From the NCBI GenBank assembly GCA_963805085.1, contig CAWDTA010000002.1, positions 96,001-160,000 of the forward strand: 64,000 bases of DNA, read 5' to 3'. The translations under genes were made by a program, and so were the position numbers. The first letter of the stretch is position 1, and every line of letters begins with the position of its first letter. This document shows positions 41,283 through 51,242 of the stretch, piece by piece. Origin of the DNA: an uncultured Veillonellaceae bacterium. Its GTDB lineage: Bacteria > Bacillota > Negativicutes > JARBTT01. The notes beneath the pieces are model-generated. The model saw only the letters and a list, made by a program, of their open reading frames with translations. It searched no databases and was not told the DNA's origin.

Positions 41283-42293
41283 TTACAAAACCCCAATCGC
41301 ATTTTTTAATTCTGTTACACTTACGGTCGCTGTGCCAAGCTTACGAACAGCAATCCCTGATGCAATATTAGAAATTTCTGCGGCTAATGCTGGTTCTACC
41401 CCCGCTGCTAATGCAAGAATCATTGCTGCAACACAAGTATCACCAGCACCACTTACATCAAACACTTCACTACGATTCGATACTGGAATATTATGAACCG
41501 CACCATTTGATTCAAATAATGTCATTCCTTTATCACCATGCGTAATGAGTATCCCTTTTGATTGCATTTTTTCTAATAAAATTGCTCCAGCTTTTAATAA
41601 GGAATCTTCAGTTTCAATTTCAAAGCCGACATTTGCTGAGGCTTCGGCATCATTTTGCTTTACATAATCTACCCCTGTAAAGCCTAAAATATTATAGCGG
41701 GAATCTACCATACATGGTATATTACATTTTTTACAATTGTAAAGAATTTGTTTGGTAATGCTATCTGTTAACGTTCCGCTGCCATAGTCACTAATAACGA
41801 CACCATCTACAACCTTTAAAATACTTGCCAACGAGTTCATGAGCTTTGCTTCTACCGCTGGACTAATTGGCAGTTTTGTTTCTTTATCAATACGCACAAT
41901 TTGTTGACTAACCGTTGCTGCGCCGCCAGCAATAATCCGTGTTTTCGTTATCGTTGATCTATTGTTTACAGAAAGAAGTCCATCAATATGGACTCCCTTT
42001 TCTGCAAGTATCTGTGCTAAGCCTTCACCAGCTTGATCATGCCCTAATAGACCGACAGCCCATACAGCACCGCCTAACGTAGCAATATTATGCACAACAT
42101 TCGCAGCACCGCCAGCAACAATTGTTTCTTTTGCCTGTTCTAGTACCAAAACTGGTGCTTCGCGGGAAATACGAGATATAGCACCATGTAAATATACATC
42201 CGCAACCATATCACCAATGACTAAGATTTTCTTATCTTGAATTTGATTTATTATATCTACTAAATCACTTTTCACATTATTCTCCTTTACCAA
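41283..42293 (-). CDS. rfaE1: D-glycero-beta-D-manno-heptose 7-phosphate kinase
   Basis: RISREAPV, GGAANV, SDYG and DVSGAGDT motifs. Confidence 0.9.
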   Translation of the reverse strand: MVKENNVKSDLVDIINQIQDKKILVIGDMVADVYLHGAISRISREAPVLVLEQAKETIVAGGAANVVHNIATLGGAVWAVGLLGHDQAGEGLAQILAEKGVHIDGLLSVNNRSTITKTRIIAGGAATVSQQIVRIDKETKLPISPAVEAKLMNSLASILKVVDGVVISDYGSGTLTDSITKQILYNCKKCNIPCMVDSRYNILGFTGVDYVKQNDAEASANVGFEIETEDSLLKAGAILLEKMQSKGILITHGDKGMTLFESNGAVHNIPVSNRSEVFDVSGAGDTCVAAMILALAAGVEPALAAEISNIASGIAVRKLGTATVSVTELKNAIGVL

Positions 42294-43789
42294 TGTACTG
42301 TGGCAAATTTAACTTGAACACTACGATCTTTCTCAATATAATCTTTGTGGTACGTCAAGCTCATATCCCAACAATGCAAACTATGATTCCAAGTATAATA
42401 CATATCTGCAATTTTTCCATTCGCTACATCATAACTTTGGCTAATGGATACTGCATTCTTAGGATCAAAGCGATAACTAATACCACTTGCAACTTCTTCT
42501 CCCACACTTGAATTATCGTAGTCAAATAACGAATTCTGATTATTATTTTTGGTATAGTGATAGCCAGTATAAACATTAATTCTGTTATTTACTTTTTTAT
42601 TTAAGGTAGCATCATATTTCATGGTATTAATTTGCGAATTATCATAAGATTCTTTTACAATTTCATACCCTGTCCCCAGCGATAAGCTAAGTGTCTTACT
42701 CAAGTGAATCGGATCACGAGTAAAATATAAAGTGTAATCTTGATGCCAACTTGTTTTATCATCATCCGACCATTTACCATAAAGGCCAGTAAAATCATAC
42801 TTCCATGAAGTTCCTACTATCCGTTTTGTAGCTAATTTGAGTTTTAGCTCAGGCTCTTTCTTTATCCAATGATCATCATCATCCAAGAAATCACCTGCTC
42901 TTAACGATAGCGTATAATTAGGATCTTGTTTCGTGATTCCATAGTCATTTTTAGAGCCATGCTTACTATAGTAACCAAGATTAACATCGGCTGTGACACT
43001 ATCTGATAATGCTCTTTCAAAATCTTGTGTAATGAAAACGCCATTCTTACTATTATATCCGACTTTAGGAAAAGGACTCTTATCGTCTTTATTCGTACCA
43101 ATTTTAGCTTCATACCGCGGTGTAGAATAAATAATTTTATCTTTAATCAAAAATTGCGCATCATAAGCAACCATTCTATCATTTGGCCAAATTTCAATTT
43201 TCTTAGCCCGCATATGGTAATCTGGTTTTTTGGCAGGACATTTCGTTACCGTGCCATTATAGATGATATATTCATCAGGCAAAAATTCGATACGTTCTCC
43301 TTTCACATGTTTTTCATAATCAACAACCCCTTTTGCTTGCCCCATATTACCTGTATGCGTTTGATAGTTATAGAAAGTAGAATAACCATCTAAATTCATT
43401 CCCGGCTGCGTAATCTTTGCTTTACCATCTATATTAACTTCTGTACGCTGTGTATTCCCACGAATATCATCAGCATAAACCGCTGCCGGATTTTGCTTGA
43501 TAATAACATTACCTTTTGCATACACGTCACCCGTTTGATTATCGAAAGAAATATCATCTCCCTCAATCGTCACTGGCACCGGTGGCAATGGAGCTTTAGA
43601 TTTCTCTTGCGTTGCATCCTTAGAGATAGTTCCTGTTTTAACTTCTGTGGTTTCACTTTGATCATTGGTCGTCTGCTGAGTAGCAATAATTGGTTCATTG
43701 ATATTTTCTGCTGCTTGGCCTACCCCGCAATGACCTAAGATAGTGTACAAAGTGATCAGACCACAAAGAATTTTTGTTTGCTTTACCAT
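42287..43789 (-). CDS. lptD: LPS assembly protein LptD-like
   Basis: Signal peptide, OstA-like jellyroll, T.C....P.Y motif, beta-barrel C-terminus, cluster context. Confidence 0.8.
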   Translation of the reverse strand: MVKQTKILCGLITLYTILGHCGVGQAAENINEPIIATQQTTNDQSETTEVKTGTISKDATQEKSKAPLPPVPVTIEGDDISFDNQTGDVYAKGNVIIKQNPAAVYADDIRGNTQRTEVNIDGKAKITQPGMNLDGYSTFYNYQTHTGNMGQAKGVVDYEKHVKGERIEFLPDEYIIYNGTVTKCPAKKPDYHMRAKKIEIWPNDRMVAYDAQFLIKDKIIYSTPRYEAKIGTNKDDKSPFPKVGYNSKNGVFITQDFERALSDSVTADVNLGYYSKHGSKNDYGITKQDPNYTLSLRAGDFLDDDDHWIKKEPELKLKLATKRIVGTSWKYDFTGLYGKWSDDDKTSWHQDYTLYFTRDPIHLSKTLSLSLGTGYEIVKESYDNSQINTMKYDATLNKKVNNRINVYTGYHYTKNNNQNSLFDYDNSSVGEEVASGISYRFDPKNAVSISQSYDVANGKIADMYYTWNHSLHCWDMSLTYHKDYIEKDRSVQVKFATVHW

Positions 43790-43875
43790 ATTTTCTCCTA
43801 TTCTATCTAAACAACTTGCTTAGAGGCGACATTATCAATTTGATAAAGTTAAGAAATAATTCTTAACTTTTCTCT

Positions 43876-43902
43876 ATTCTACAAATATACCTTATTTCCT
43901 TC
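43876..43902 (-). promoter_or_regulatory. sigmaH-like promoter for lptD
   Basis: gaAGGA-N17-GAAT on the minus strand. Confidence 0.55.
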
Positions 43903-44000
43903 CCTAAAACTATCGGTAATATGTAGAAAACCACAAAGTTCGCAAAATTGTTATCTTTTTTCTGCGTCTTTGTGGTCTCTTAATTTAAAATACTGATATT

Positions 44001-44924
44001 TTATGAAGCCTGCGCTTGAACACCGTGGACAACATTCTCTAATTTAGTTTGAATATACAATTGGGCACCTTCGTCAATTTTGGCACTTTTACCTTTGACA
44101 AATACACCACCGACGATTCCAACAGGTCCTAGTATAGCCAAGCCTGCTACCGAAGCACCAGCAGCCATCGTTATAGATTGTGTTTCTTTTTTCGATTTTT
44201 CACCTAAGAATGTAGTTATCGTGGAACCATCAATGGCTTTTATTGATGTAAAGTCTATTTCAAGCTTTGCATCACGACCAAAGTTTTGCGCTTGTGATAC
44301 TTTAGTCACTTGTCCAATGCCATCAGCACCTTTGGCAAGCACCAAAACACCATCCACCAATACATCTTCAGCTACTTGATAGGTAACAACATCACCAATC
44401 CTTGCTGTTTTGCTATCAATCGTTGAAGTTAACTTAATTTTAACCAATGTATCAGCAGGAACAACTTTATCCGCGACAATAACCGTTCCATTAGCAAAAG
44501 CTAACTTGGCTAATTTATTAATCCGCTCATTGTAGGCACCTGTTTGGGAAATGCCATCAATTAATCCTTCTAATTTTTCAATACGTTCTTTTACCGGTAG
44601 ACTCGTAACTTTATGGTTGAGCTCCCACTCTATACCATTTATTTTGGTTAAAATAGACGGAGCACTAGCAGAACTATCAAAAAATCCATTATATAAACTA
44701 TCAGCTCTTGTTACAACTGCCCCGCTAGCGGCAGTACCATATAAATCAGTTTCTAACTTTGAAATACGCTCAAGTAATGACCCTGTTTGATCATTGCCAT
44801 ATAATGTTTTTTCCACTGCAGAAACTTTATCAATCAGTGTATTCTCTGGTGCCACTTGTGCGGAAACTATCGTTGTGAAAATAAACATGCATACAATTGC
44901 TAGTGATATTGCCTTACGAAACAT
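44001..44924 (-). CDS. Exported conserved hypothetical protein
   Basis: Signal peptide, repeated LE..LYG helices, beta-rich C-terminus with Gly-rich hydrophobic hairpin. Confidence 0.75.
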   Translation of the reverse strand: MFRKAISLAIVCMFIFTTIVSAQVAPENTLIDKVSAVEKTLYGNDQTGSLLERISKLETDLYGTAASGAVVTRADSLYNGFFDSSASAPSILTKINGIEWELNHKVTSLPVKERIEKLEGLIDGISQTGAYNERINKLAKLAFANGTVIVADKVVPADTLVKIKLTSTIDSKTARIGDVVTYQVAEDVLVDGVLVLAKGADGIGQVTKVSQAQNFGRDAKLEIDFTSIKAIDGSTITTFLGEKSKKETQSITMAAGASVAGLAILGPVGIVGGVFVKGKSAKIDEGAQLYIQTKLENVVHGVQAQAS

Positions 44925-44968
44925 ATATTTAAATCCCCCTTAAACTCCACAATACTTTTTATATTAAA

Positions 44969-44995
44969 ATTCTAAGTTTATTTACAAAATCCTGC
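44969..44995 (-). promoter_or_regulatory. sigmaH-like promoter
   Basis: gcAGGAttt...GAAT with 17-nt spacer. Confidence 0.55.
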
Positions 44996-45040
44996 TAAAT
45001 AACAAAAAGAAAAGCAGGACATTTGATAAAATATCCTGCT

Positions 45041-45281
45041 AGATTGTAAACATACTATGGACAGATAGGCCGCGGGCAGGCGAGAAGCACCCATCTGCGT
45101 CGTTGCAGCAAGGTGCTGCTCCTCGACGTACGAAAGTACGACTCCTTCGCAACTCCTTGCTACGCCTAGCATCTGAACGCTTCTCGCCAACCGGCAACCT
45201 ATCTTCGCACTAGTTTAGAAGTGGTACGAATTTAGATTGTTTTTATTATTAATATAAATATTTTTATTTGGTCGACAGTCT
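45041..45281. mobile_element. Structured GC-rich MITE/REP-like element
   Basis: Imperfect terminal IRs (AGATTGTAAAC / GTCGACAGTCT), internal nested hairpin with CGTAC-GAAA-GTACG, second copy near 51.7 kb. Confidence 0.7.
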
Positions 45282-45417
45282 GGCAGGACATTTCATAAAA
45301 AATCCTGTAAAAACTATAGATAATATAATATTGTAGATGATTTGCAACAAAAATAACAAGTCAGCAAGAGACGAATCTCAGACTAGTACTAATGTGAAAA
45401 TCGCAATGAAGGCTTCA

Positions 45418-45855
45418 TCAAATCTTCACATCGATTTGTGCAGATACCCCAACACCTTGTACTCTATTAAAGCTCGTTGGATTTTTACTGTCGATTGGAA
45501 TTAAAGCTTTTATTCTAAATTGGTCACCACTAAAATTGCCTTCGATTTGTAGTACTGCCTGTGTTTCATCGACTGCACTTTGTGGTCCAGTAATTTGTGC
45601 TGCCCCAGTATATGTACCACTACCAACTACAATAATTGGCACCACTTTTGTTGTATAATCACTGCTCACCGAATGTTTCGCTGTCAAAGTATTGATAAAG
45701 TTATTTAACGGCGTAGCAAATTTATCTACTAAAATTGCAATACCGCCAACTTTTAAAATACTACCTAGGCTAAAAGCTTGCGTTGTCTGTACTGCAACCG
45801 TTGAAACAACACTAAATGCAATCATTGATGCAATCACAGTTTTTTTCACATTCAT
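45418..45855 (-). CDS. Exported conserved hypothetical protein
   Basis: GGAGG RBS, signal peptide, TKVVPI and GAAQ..GP motifs. Confidence 0.75.
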   Translation of the reverse strand: MNVKKTVIASMIAFSVVSTVAVQTTQAFSLGSILKVGGIAILVDKFATPLNNFINTLTAKHSVSSDYTTKVVPIIVVGSGTYTGAAQITGPQSAVDETQAVLQIEGNFSGDQFRIKALIPIDSKNPTSFNRVQGVGVSAQIDVKI

Positions 45856-45963
45856 ACTGAGATACCTCCTAAACTATACTATATGTACTGTATATTCTTT
45901 GATTCGACATGATAAAGTAAAACCCTTCCAAAACAAATTAAGTAAATTCTTCCTTTTACAGAC

Positions 45964-45998
45964 AAAAAAATGCTTCTGTCATAAACAGAAGCATTTTT
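45964..45998 (-). terminator. Intrinsic terminator after ompM
   Basis: AAAAATGCTTCTGT...ACAGAAGCATTTTT. Confidence 0.8.
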
Positions 45999-46011
45999 AA
46001 TAAATCGAAAA

Positions 46012-47295
46012 TTAGAAGTTGAATTCAAGACGACCGAATACTTTTTTAACATCATTATCAGTATCAATATCTTTACCATCAAAGTAAACCACTTTAGCTA
46101 AGATGTTTTTGTCAAGGATATAGTCAACGCCAACTTCTGTACCTTTTTCGCCAAAGCCAACACCATCATAAGTAGGAGAAATAGAAGCCAATTGACCGAT
46201 TTGACGATATGCTACCCATGCGCCAAATGAACCAGGATCGCTTAATTTTGCACCTTTATAAGTCATTTGTGCGCTGTATGAATTTTCTTCATCGCTATCA
46301 AGACCCAAATCACTTGCATTTAAGCTAGACCCTGCATATAAGCCACCTAATTTAAGAGTATTATTGAATTTGTAGTCAAAACCTGCAGTCCAGATACCAT
46401 TATTATCATCGGATAAGTAATTGTTAGTAAGATTATGATAACCAGCAGCTAATGCAAATTTATTTGTATCATAGCCAAATTGAATTGCTTGATAATCAGT
46501 TGCTCCTGTTTTACCTTCTAATGAAGTCTTATTATGAGAAACAATTGAATAATCATCTTCAGCTACACGACCAGCCGTTAATGTTGTTTTTAAAGCTTTA
46601 CCAAATTGGAATTCAGCACCGCTTACTTGAGTATCAATGATTAAACCACCATCGGATAAATTACCACTATCGAATGCAGGGAATTTACCTACTTTTACAT
46701 CTGTACCAAATAAAGGACCTTGTGCATATGCTTGGTCAATTGTTGTTTTTCTGTCTGTGTCAGAATCTCCAGTATTATCATTGTTAAGATCTGCTTTAGA
46801 ATTTAAACGTCCTACTACTTTCCAGTTATCGTTTACTGCAGCATCTACATATAAACGAAGTAATCCAGTAGTAGCATTGCCATCCTCTTTAGTATCTTGT
46901 GTATAATGTTTAGTATCTAAACGTAAATACCCTGAGATTTTCACATTGTCAGTTTTCTTTTCAAGAGCGGCAACGCGAACACCTAAGTTGTTTAATTCAT
47001 CTGCATATTCTGCGGATAATTTGTCGATTGTTGCTTTGTCAGCAGCGCTAACGTTTTCTTTAGTCATAGCTTTTGCTACCATTTGAGCCATTTCATAACG
47101 AGTAATTTTTGCATCGCCACGGAATGTGTTGTCGCCATAACCTTCGATTACGCCTTCGTGTGCTAATTTAGCTACAGCGTCAAAAGACCAATGGTCAGTT
47201 GGAACGTCGCTAAATGGATTTGCAGCAGCAAATGTTGTGCTAGCTACACCGATTACTAGTGCTGAAGTGATTGCAGCAGCAAGTGTTTTTTTCAT
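46012..47295 (-). CDS. ompM: OmpM-type SLH-domain outer-membrane porin
   Basis: Signal peptide, SLH (FSDVP..HW...TRYEMA), coiled-coil stalk, beta-barrel ending in Phe. Confidence 0.9.
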   Translation of the reverse strand: MKKTLAAAITSALVIGVASTTFAAANPFSDVPTDHWSFDAVAKLAHEGVIEGYGDNTFRGDAKITRYEMAQMVAKAMTKENVSAADKATIDKLSAEYADELNNLGVRVAALEKKTDNVKISGYLRLDTKHYTQDTKEDGNATTGLLRLYVDAAVNDNWKVVGRLNSKADLNNDNTGDSDTDRKTTIDQAYAQGPLFGTDVKVGKFPAFDSGNLSDGGLIIDTQVSGAEFQFGKALKTTLTAGRVAEDDYSIVSHNKTSLEGKTGATDYQAIQFGYDTNKFALAAGYHNLTNNYLSDDNNGIWTAGFDYKFNNTLKLGGLYAGSSLNASDLGLDSDEENSYSAQMTYKGAKLSDPGSFGAWVAYRQIGQLASISPTYDGVGFGEKGTEVGVDYILDKNILAKVVYFDGKDIDTDNDVKKVFGRLEFNF

Positions 47296-47587
47296 GATAA
47301 AAATCCCCCTTAAAATAAATATATTTTTTTGTGAGCCTTTACTTTAAGGTGAGAACGAATTTTAGAGTATCCACGTTTCCTCTTCAACTTTTCCCGCCTA
47401 TTTAGTTCCAGCTCTATATAAGATATACTTTTTGGTAAAGTATATACTCATATCACGCTTAAAAATAATAAAGATTTAACGAAAACTTAATAAATAGTTA
47501 ACAACTATTTATTAATTCCTCACTGATATGATAATACCACTTTCTCTCATGGAAAACAATACCTAAATTTAAATTAAATTTTTCAAA

Positions 47588-47621
47588 ATAAAAGACCTTC
47601 TGTTTTCACAGAAGGTCTTTT
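47588..47621 (-). terminator. Intrinsic terminator after ompM
   Basis: AAAAGACCTTCTGT...ACAGAAGGTCTTTT. Confidence 0.8.
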
Positions 47622-47635
47622 TACTAAGTTTTAGC

Positions 47636-48943
47636 TTAGAAACTGAATTGAAGACGTCCGAAGACTTTTTCAACATCGTTGCCGCCAGAGATTTTTTCGC
47701 CTTTGAAATAATCAACATATGCCATAATATTTTTATCAAGCATATATTGAGTACCAACTTGGAAACCTTTTTCGCCATAAGCAGCATCATCATAAGTTGG
47801 ATGTAAAGTTGCAAGTTTACCGATTTGACGGTAACCAGCCCATATACCAAATGAACCTGGAGCACTTTGTTTAACACCTTTATAAGTCAATTGTGCTGTA
47901 TAAGAATTTTCTTCATCTGAGCTTGCATCGCTAGCAATAGCAGTAGATGCATCAGCACTAGAGCCAGCGTATGCACCACCTAAAGTAAGATTTTTACTAA
48001 GCTTATAGTCAAAACCCACATTCCAGATGTTATTCGCATCATCAGTACCAAAAGCATCACTATTGCCTAAATGGAAATAGCCTGCATTAAGTTTTAGTTT
48101 ATTGCTTGCTTTATAATCAAATTGAATTGCATCATAATCAGTAGTGCCATATGAAATAGGAGTGGTAAATTTAGCAGCAGTAGAAGTATAATCATAATCA
48201 CCTTGTGCAATACGAGCAGTAGTTACTGTTGTTTTTAATGCTTTAGTTTGCCAAGCAAATTCAGCACCTTCTACAGGATTATCTAAAAGCATACCGCCAG
48301 TTGTATAACCAGCATTATCAAAGCCACCAAATTTACCTAATTTTGCAGTAGCACCAAATAAAGGACCTTGTGCATAAGCCCAGTCAATTGTTGATTGTCT
48401 GTTGTTAGGAGCAGTAGTATCATCATTATCAAGATCTGCTTTATTATTAATACGAGCTTTTACTGCCCAGCTATCGTTTACTGCAGCATCCACAAATAAA
48501 CGAAGATTTGCAGTAGTAGTAGCAGGAGAGCTAGCACCTTTCTCAGTTGTTTTATTCGAGCCGTCTAAACGTAAATAACCTGAGAATTTTACGTTGTCAG
48601 TTTTCTTTTCAAGAGCAGCAACACGAACACCTAGGTTGTTAAGTTCAGAAGCATATTCTGCGGATAATTTGTCGATGGTTGCTTTGTCAGCAGCGCTAAC
48701 GTTTTCTTTAGCCATAGCTTTTGCTACCATTTGAGCCATTTCATAACGAGTGATTTTTGCATCGCCACGGAATGTGTTGTCGCCATAACCATCGATTACA
48801 CCTTCGTGTGCTAATTTAGCTACAGCGTCAAAAGACCAATGGTCAGTTGGAACGTCGCTAAATGGATTTGCAGCAGCAAATGTTGTGCTAGCTACACCGA
48901 TTACTAGTGCTGAAGTGATTGCAGCAGCAAGTGTTTTTTTCAT
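47636..48943 (-). CDS. ompM: OmpM-type SLH-domain outer-membrane porin
   Basis: Same architecture as 46012-47295; N-terminal ~125 aa nearly identical. Confidence 0.9.
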   Translation of the reverse strand: MKKTLAAAITSALVIGVASTTFAAANPFSDVPTDHWSFDAVAKLAHEGVIDGYGDNTFRGDAKITRYEMAQMVAKAMAKENVSAADKATIDKLSAEYASELNNLGVRVAALEKKTDNVKFSGYLRLDGSNKTTEKGASSPATTTANLRLFVDAAVNDSWAVKARINNKADLDNDDTTAPNNRQSTIDWAYAQGPLFGATAKLGKFGGFDNAGYTTGGMLLDNPVEGAEFAWQTKALKTTVTTARIAQGDYDYTSTAAKFTTPISYGTTDYDAIQFDYKASNKLKLNAGYFHLGNSDAFGTDDANNIWNVGFDYKLSKNLTLGGAYAGSSADASTAIASDASSDEENSYTAQLTYKGVKQSAPGSFGIWAGYRQIGKLATLHPTYDDAAYGEKGFQVGTQYMLDKNIMAYVDYFKGEKISGGNDVEKVFGRLQFSF

Positions 48944-49092
48944 GAGAAAATCCCCCTTAAAATAAATATTTTTTGAGCTTAAACTTTTCGGGGAAGATAT
49001 TCAAATAAAAGTTAATTACCGAGTTTCCATGTTTCCTCGTAAACTACCTTTATCTTCCTGTCCTCCACAATTATGTAACGCTCTTGTACATG

Positions 49093-49121
49093 ATTCTACA
49101 TGATGTTACATAATTGTGCAA
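49093..49121 (-). promoter_or_regulatory. sigmaA-type promoter for ompM
   Basis: TTGCAC-N17-TAGAAT on the minus strand. Confidence 0.6.
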
Positions 49122-49270
49122 GCAAATAACTGGAAGAATCATTATAATCTTGTTAATTTTCTGTTAATTTCTCATTAAATTTGAAAATAAATTAGAAAAA
49201 TCTTTTTATCATAAGTATAACTGATTTTCACACTTGGAATTTATAATTAATTTTTATAATTAAATTTAAT

Positions 49271-49681
49271 TTACTGTTTCTTTAAATATCGTTCAGCTAA
49301 AATAACTGCTACGTAATCATCAACTGGTACAGGTGGAACTCGCATAGTCGTTGGCAATAATCGCCAAAATCCGGTAGGTGGATTGGCTTGCCAATAACGA
49401 ATTTTTGCTGCATCGGTCGTACGATATTCATCGACCAGTTGTAAGGTAATATTTTTTTCAGCACTTACTGCTTCCAGCTGTTTTTTTGCTTTATCACTTG
49501 AGGTGCCATTCCCCATTACAATGGTACTTACTTGATACTCTTCACTTAGCGTTTTCACTGCAGGGATTAAGTCGATCGTATTGATTACTTTTTGGTATGA
49601 AACGCCACTCATTTTCCCCACTACGGCAATGCCACATTTTTCTCTTCCTGGATCAATGGCGATAATGGTTGTCTGCATCAT
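49271..49681 (-). CDS. YqgF/RuvX-like RNase H-fold protein
   Basis: IAIDPG..KCG.A, V.G.GT, VDE..TT and VDD.VA motifs. Confidence 0.8.
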   Translation of the reverse strand: MMQTTIIAIDPGREKCGIAVVGKMSGVSYQKVINTIDLIPAVKTLSEEYQVSTIVMGNGTSSDKAKKQLEAVSAEKNITLQLVDEYRTTDAAKIRYWQANPPTGFWRLLPTTMRVPPVPVDDYVAVILAERYLKKQ

Positions 49682-49749
49682 AGCTCACCTTCATCATTTT
49701 ATGTATATAGCTCTTTATACAATGTAAACATATCTTTAGGGAATGTCAA

Positions 49750-49781
49750 CAAAAACCCCCACTAAAATTAGTGGGGGCTTG
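49750..49781 (-). terminator. Intrinsic terminator after third ompM
   Basis: CCCCCACTAA-aa-TTAGTGGGGG with A-tract. Confidence 0.8.
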
Positions 49782-49818
49782 GTTCAAGAATGATTGACTC
49801 TGAATCTTAAATTTTAAT

Positions 49819-50943
49819 TTAGAATTTTACGTTTAAAGTAGCTGCAGTACGATTTTGTTGTTTATCGCCAGCTTGGTTTTTGAAATCTTGGTATTGAAGA
49901 GTTAATGCTGTATTTTCAGCAACATCTTTTGTATATTTGTATTCCATACCTTTGAAACCTTCATTTAAGAAAGATACATCATTGACTCCAGTAAGACCAG
50001 AGTAGCTTGTGAATGCACCAGCTTCAACATCTTTATAAGTTGCAGATAAACCAAGTTTATTGGATTTTACGCCGTAAGCAATCGCTTTGGCACCAGAATT
50101 GTTTTCTTTGTTATATTCTGCATTTACACTGATATCTTTTGTTAAGCCAACAGAAGTATTTACACCGTAGAATTCTTTATCATTGCCTGTTGTTACATCA
50201 GCTTTCATATAGTTTAAATTGAAAATACCAGCTTGTAGCTCAGCACCGTATAAACGTTCTTTTGCACTAACTTGGTTACCAGCGAATAATTTTACGCTGC
50301 CAATGTTAGATTCAATACCATTGATCGTGTCATCAATGATCATACCAGTACCTACTTTTAAGTCTTGACGACCAATTGCGTTTTCTGCACCAAATGCATT
50401 AAAACCTACATTTGCAGTGTCTAATTTAATACCAGTAGATTCTCCGTCATAAGCGATATCACCACTAGATAAACGAGTGTTGAATGTTAAATCTTGATTG
50501 ATTTTACCAGTAACACCAATACGTGCTCTAAAATCAGTATTATCACTGCCGTTATCAGTAGCACCATAACGAAGACGTGCATCACCAGTAATTTTTGCGC
50601 GTTCTTGTTCAGCTTTTACTTCATCAACTGCGATACCCATGTCTTTTAATTCGCTAGAAAATTCTCTTGCTAATTTTTCTACTGCTAATTTTTGTTCGCC
50701 ATTTAAGTCTTTGTTCATTGCTTTTGCTACGATTTGAGCCATTTCATAACGAGTGATCGTTTTGTCACCTTTGAAAGTGCCATCGCCGTAACCATCAACG
50801 ATACCGTCTTGTGCAAGTACGTTTACTGCATCATATGCCCAATGACCTTTTTGCACATCAGCGAATGGATTTGCAAATACAGGAACTGCAACTGCTAATG
50901 TTAACGCTGTTGTAATCGCTACTTTTAATAAATTCTTTTTCAT
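49819..50943 (-). CDS. OmpM-like SLH-domain outer-membrane protein (divergent paralog)
   Basis: Signal peptide, SLH (FADV..GHWAY...TRYEMA), barrel ending in VKF. Confidence 0.88.
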   Translation of the reverse strand: MKKNLLKVAITTALTLAVAVPVFANPFADVQKGHWAYDAVNVLAQDGIVDGYGDGTFKGDKTITRYEMAQIVAKAMNKDLNGEQKLAVEKLAREFSSELKDMGIAVDEVKAEQERAKITGDARLRYGATDNGSDNTDFRARIGVTGKINQDLTFNTRLSSGDIAYDGESTGIKLDTANVGFNAFGAENAIGRQDLKVGTGMIIDDTINGIESNIGSVKLFAGNQVSAKERLYGAELQAGIFNLNYMKADVTTGNDKEFYGVNTSVGLTKDISVNAEYNKENNSGAKAIAYGVKSNKLGLSATYKDVEAGAFTSYSGLTGVNDVSFLNEGFKGMEYKYTKDVAENTALTLQYQDFKNQAGDKQQNRTAATLNVKF

Positions 50944-51242
50944 TTTGTGGAAATCCCCCTTGAATAATTTTTATATTTTTAGCTTGGCCTAATGCCAACA
51001 TACAAGGGTGGACATTTGATTTTCGCTAGCTTTCACTGAGTATCCACGTTTCCTCAAGCAATCGCTACAATTATCTTATGTTTACCACTTGTTGTCCCTA
51101 CAGCTTTTTGTAGGTATGTACTAAAAATTTCAAGGTAGGTTTTCATTATGTTGGAGATATGTGGGAACCATATGTGGGAGACGAACGACCAGTCAGTCAT
51201 TCATTCGGAAGCGAACAATAAAATTGTTTCATTTGCTTCATG

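Noticed and set aside
44978-45190. 70-aa ORF
   Set aside because: It lies within the structured repeat element, has no RBS and no recognisable motif.
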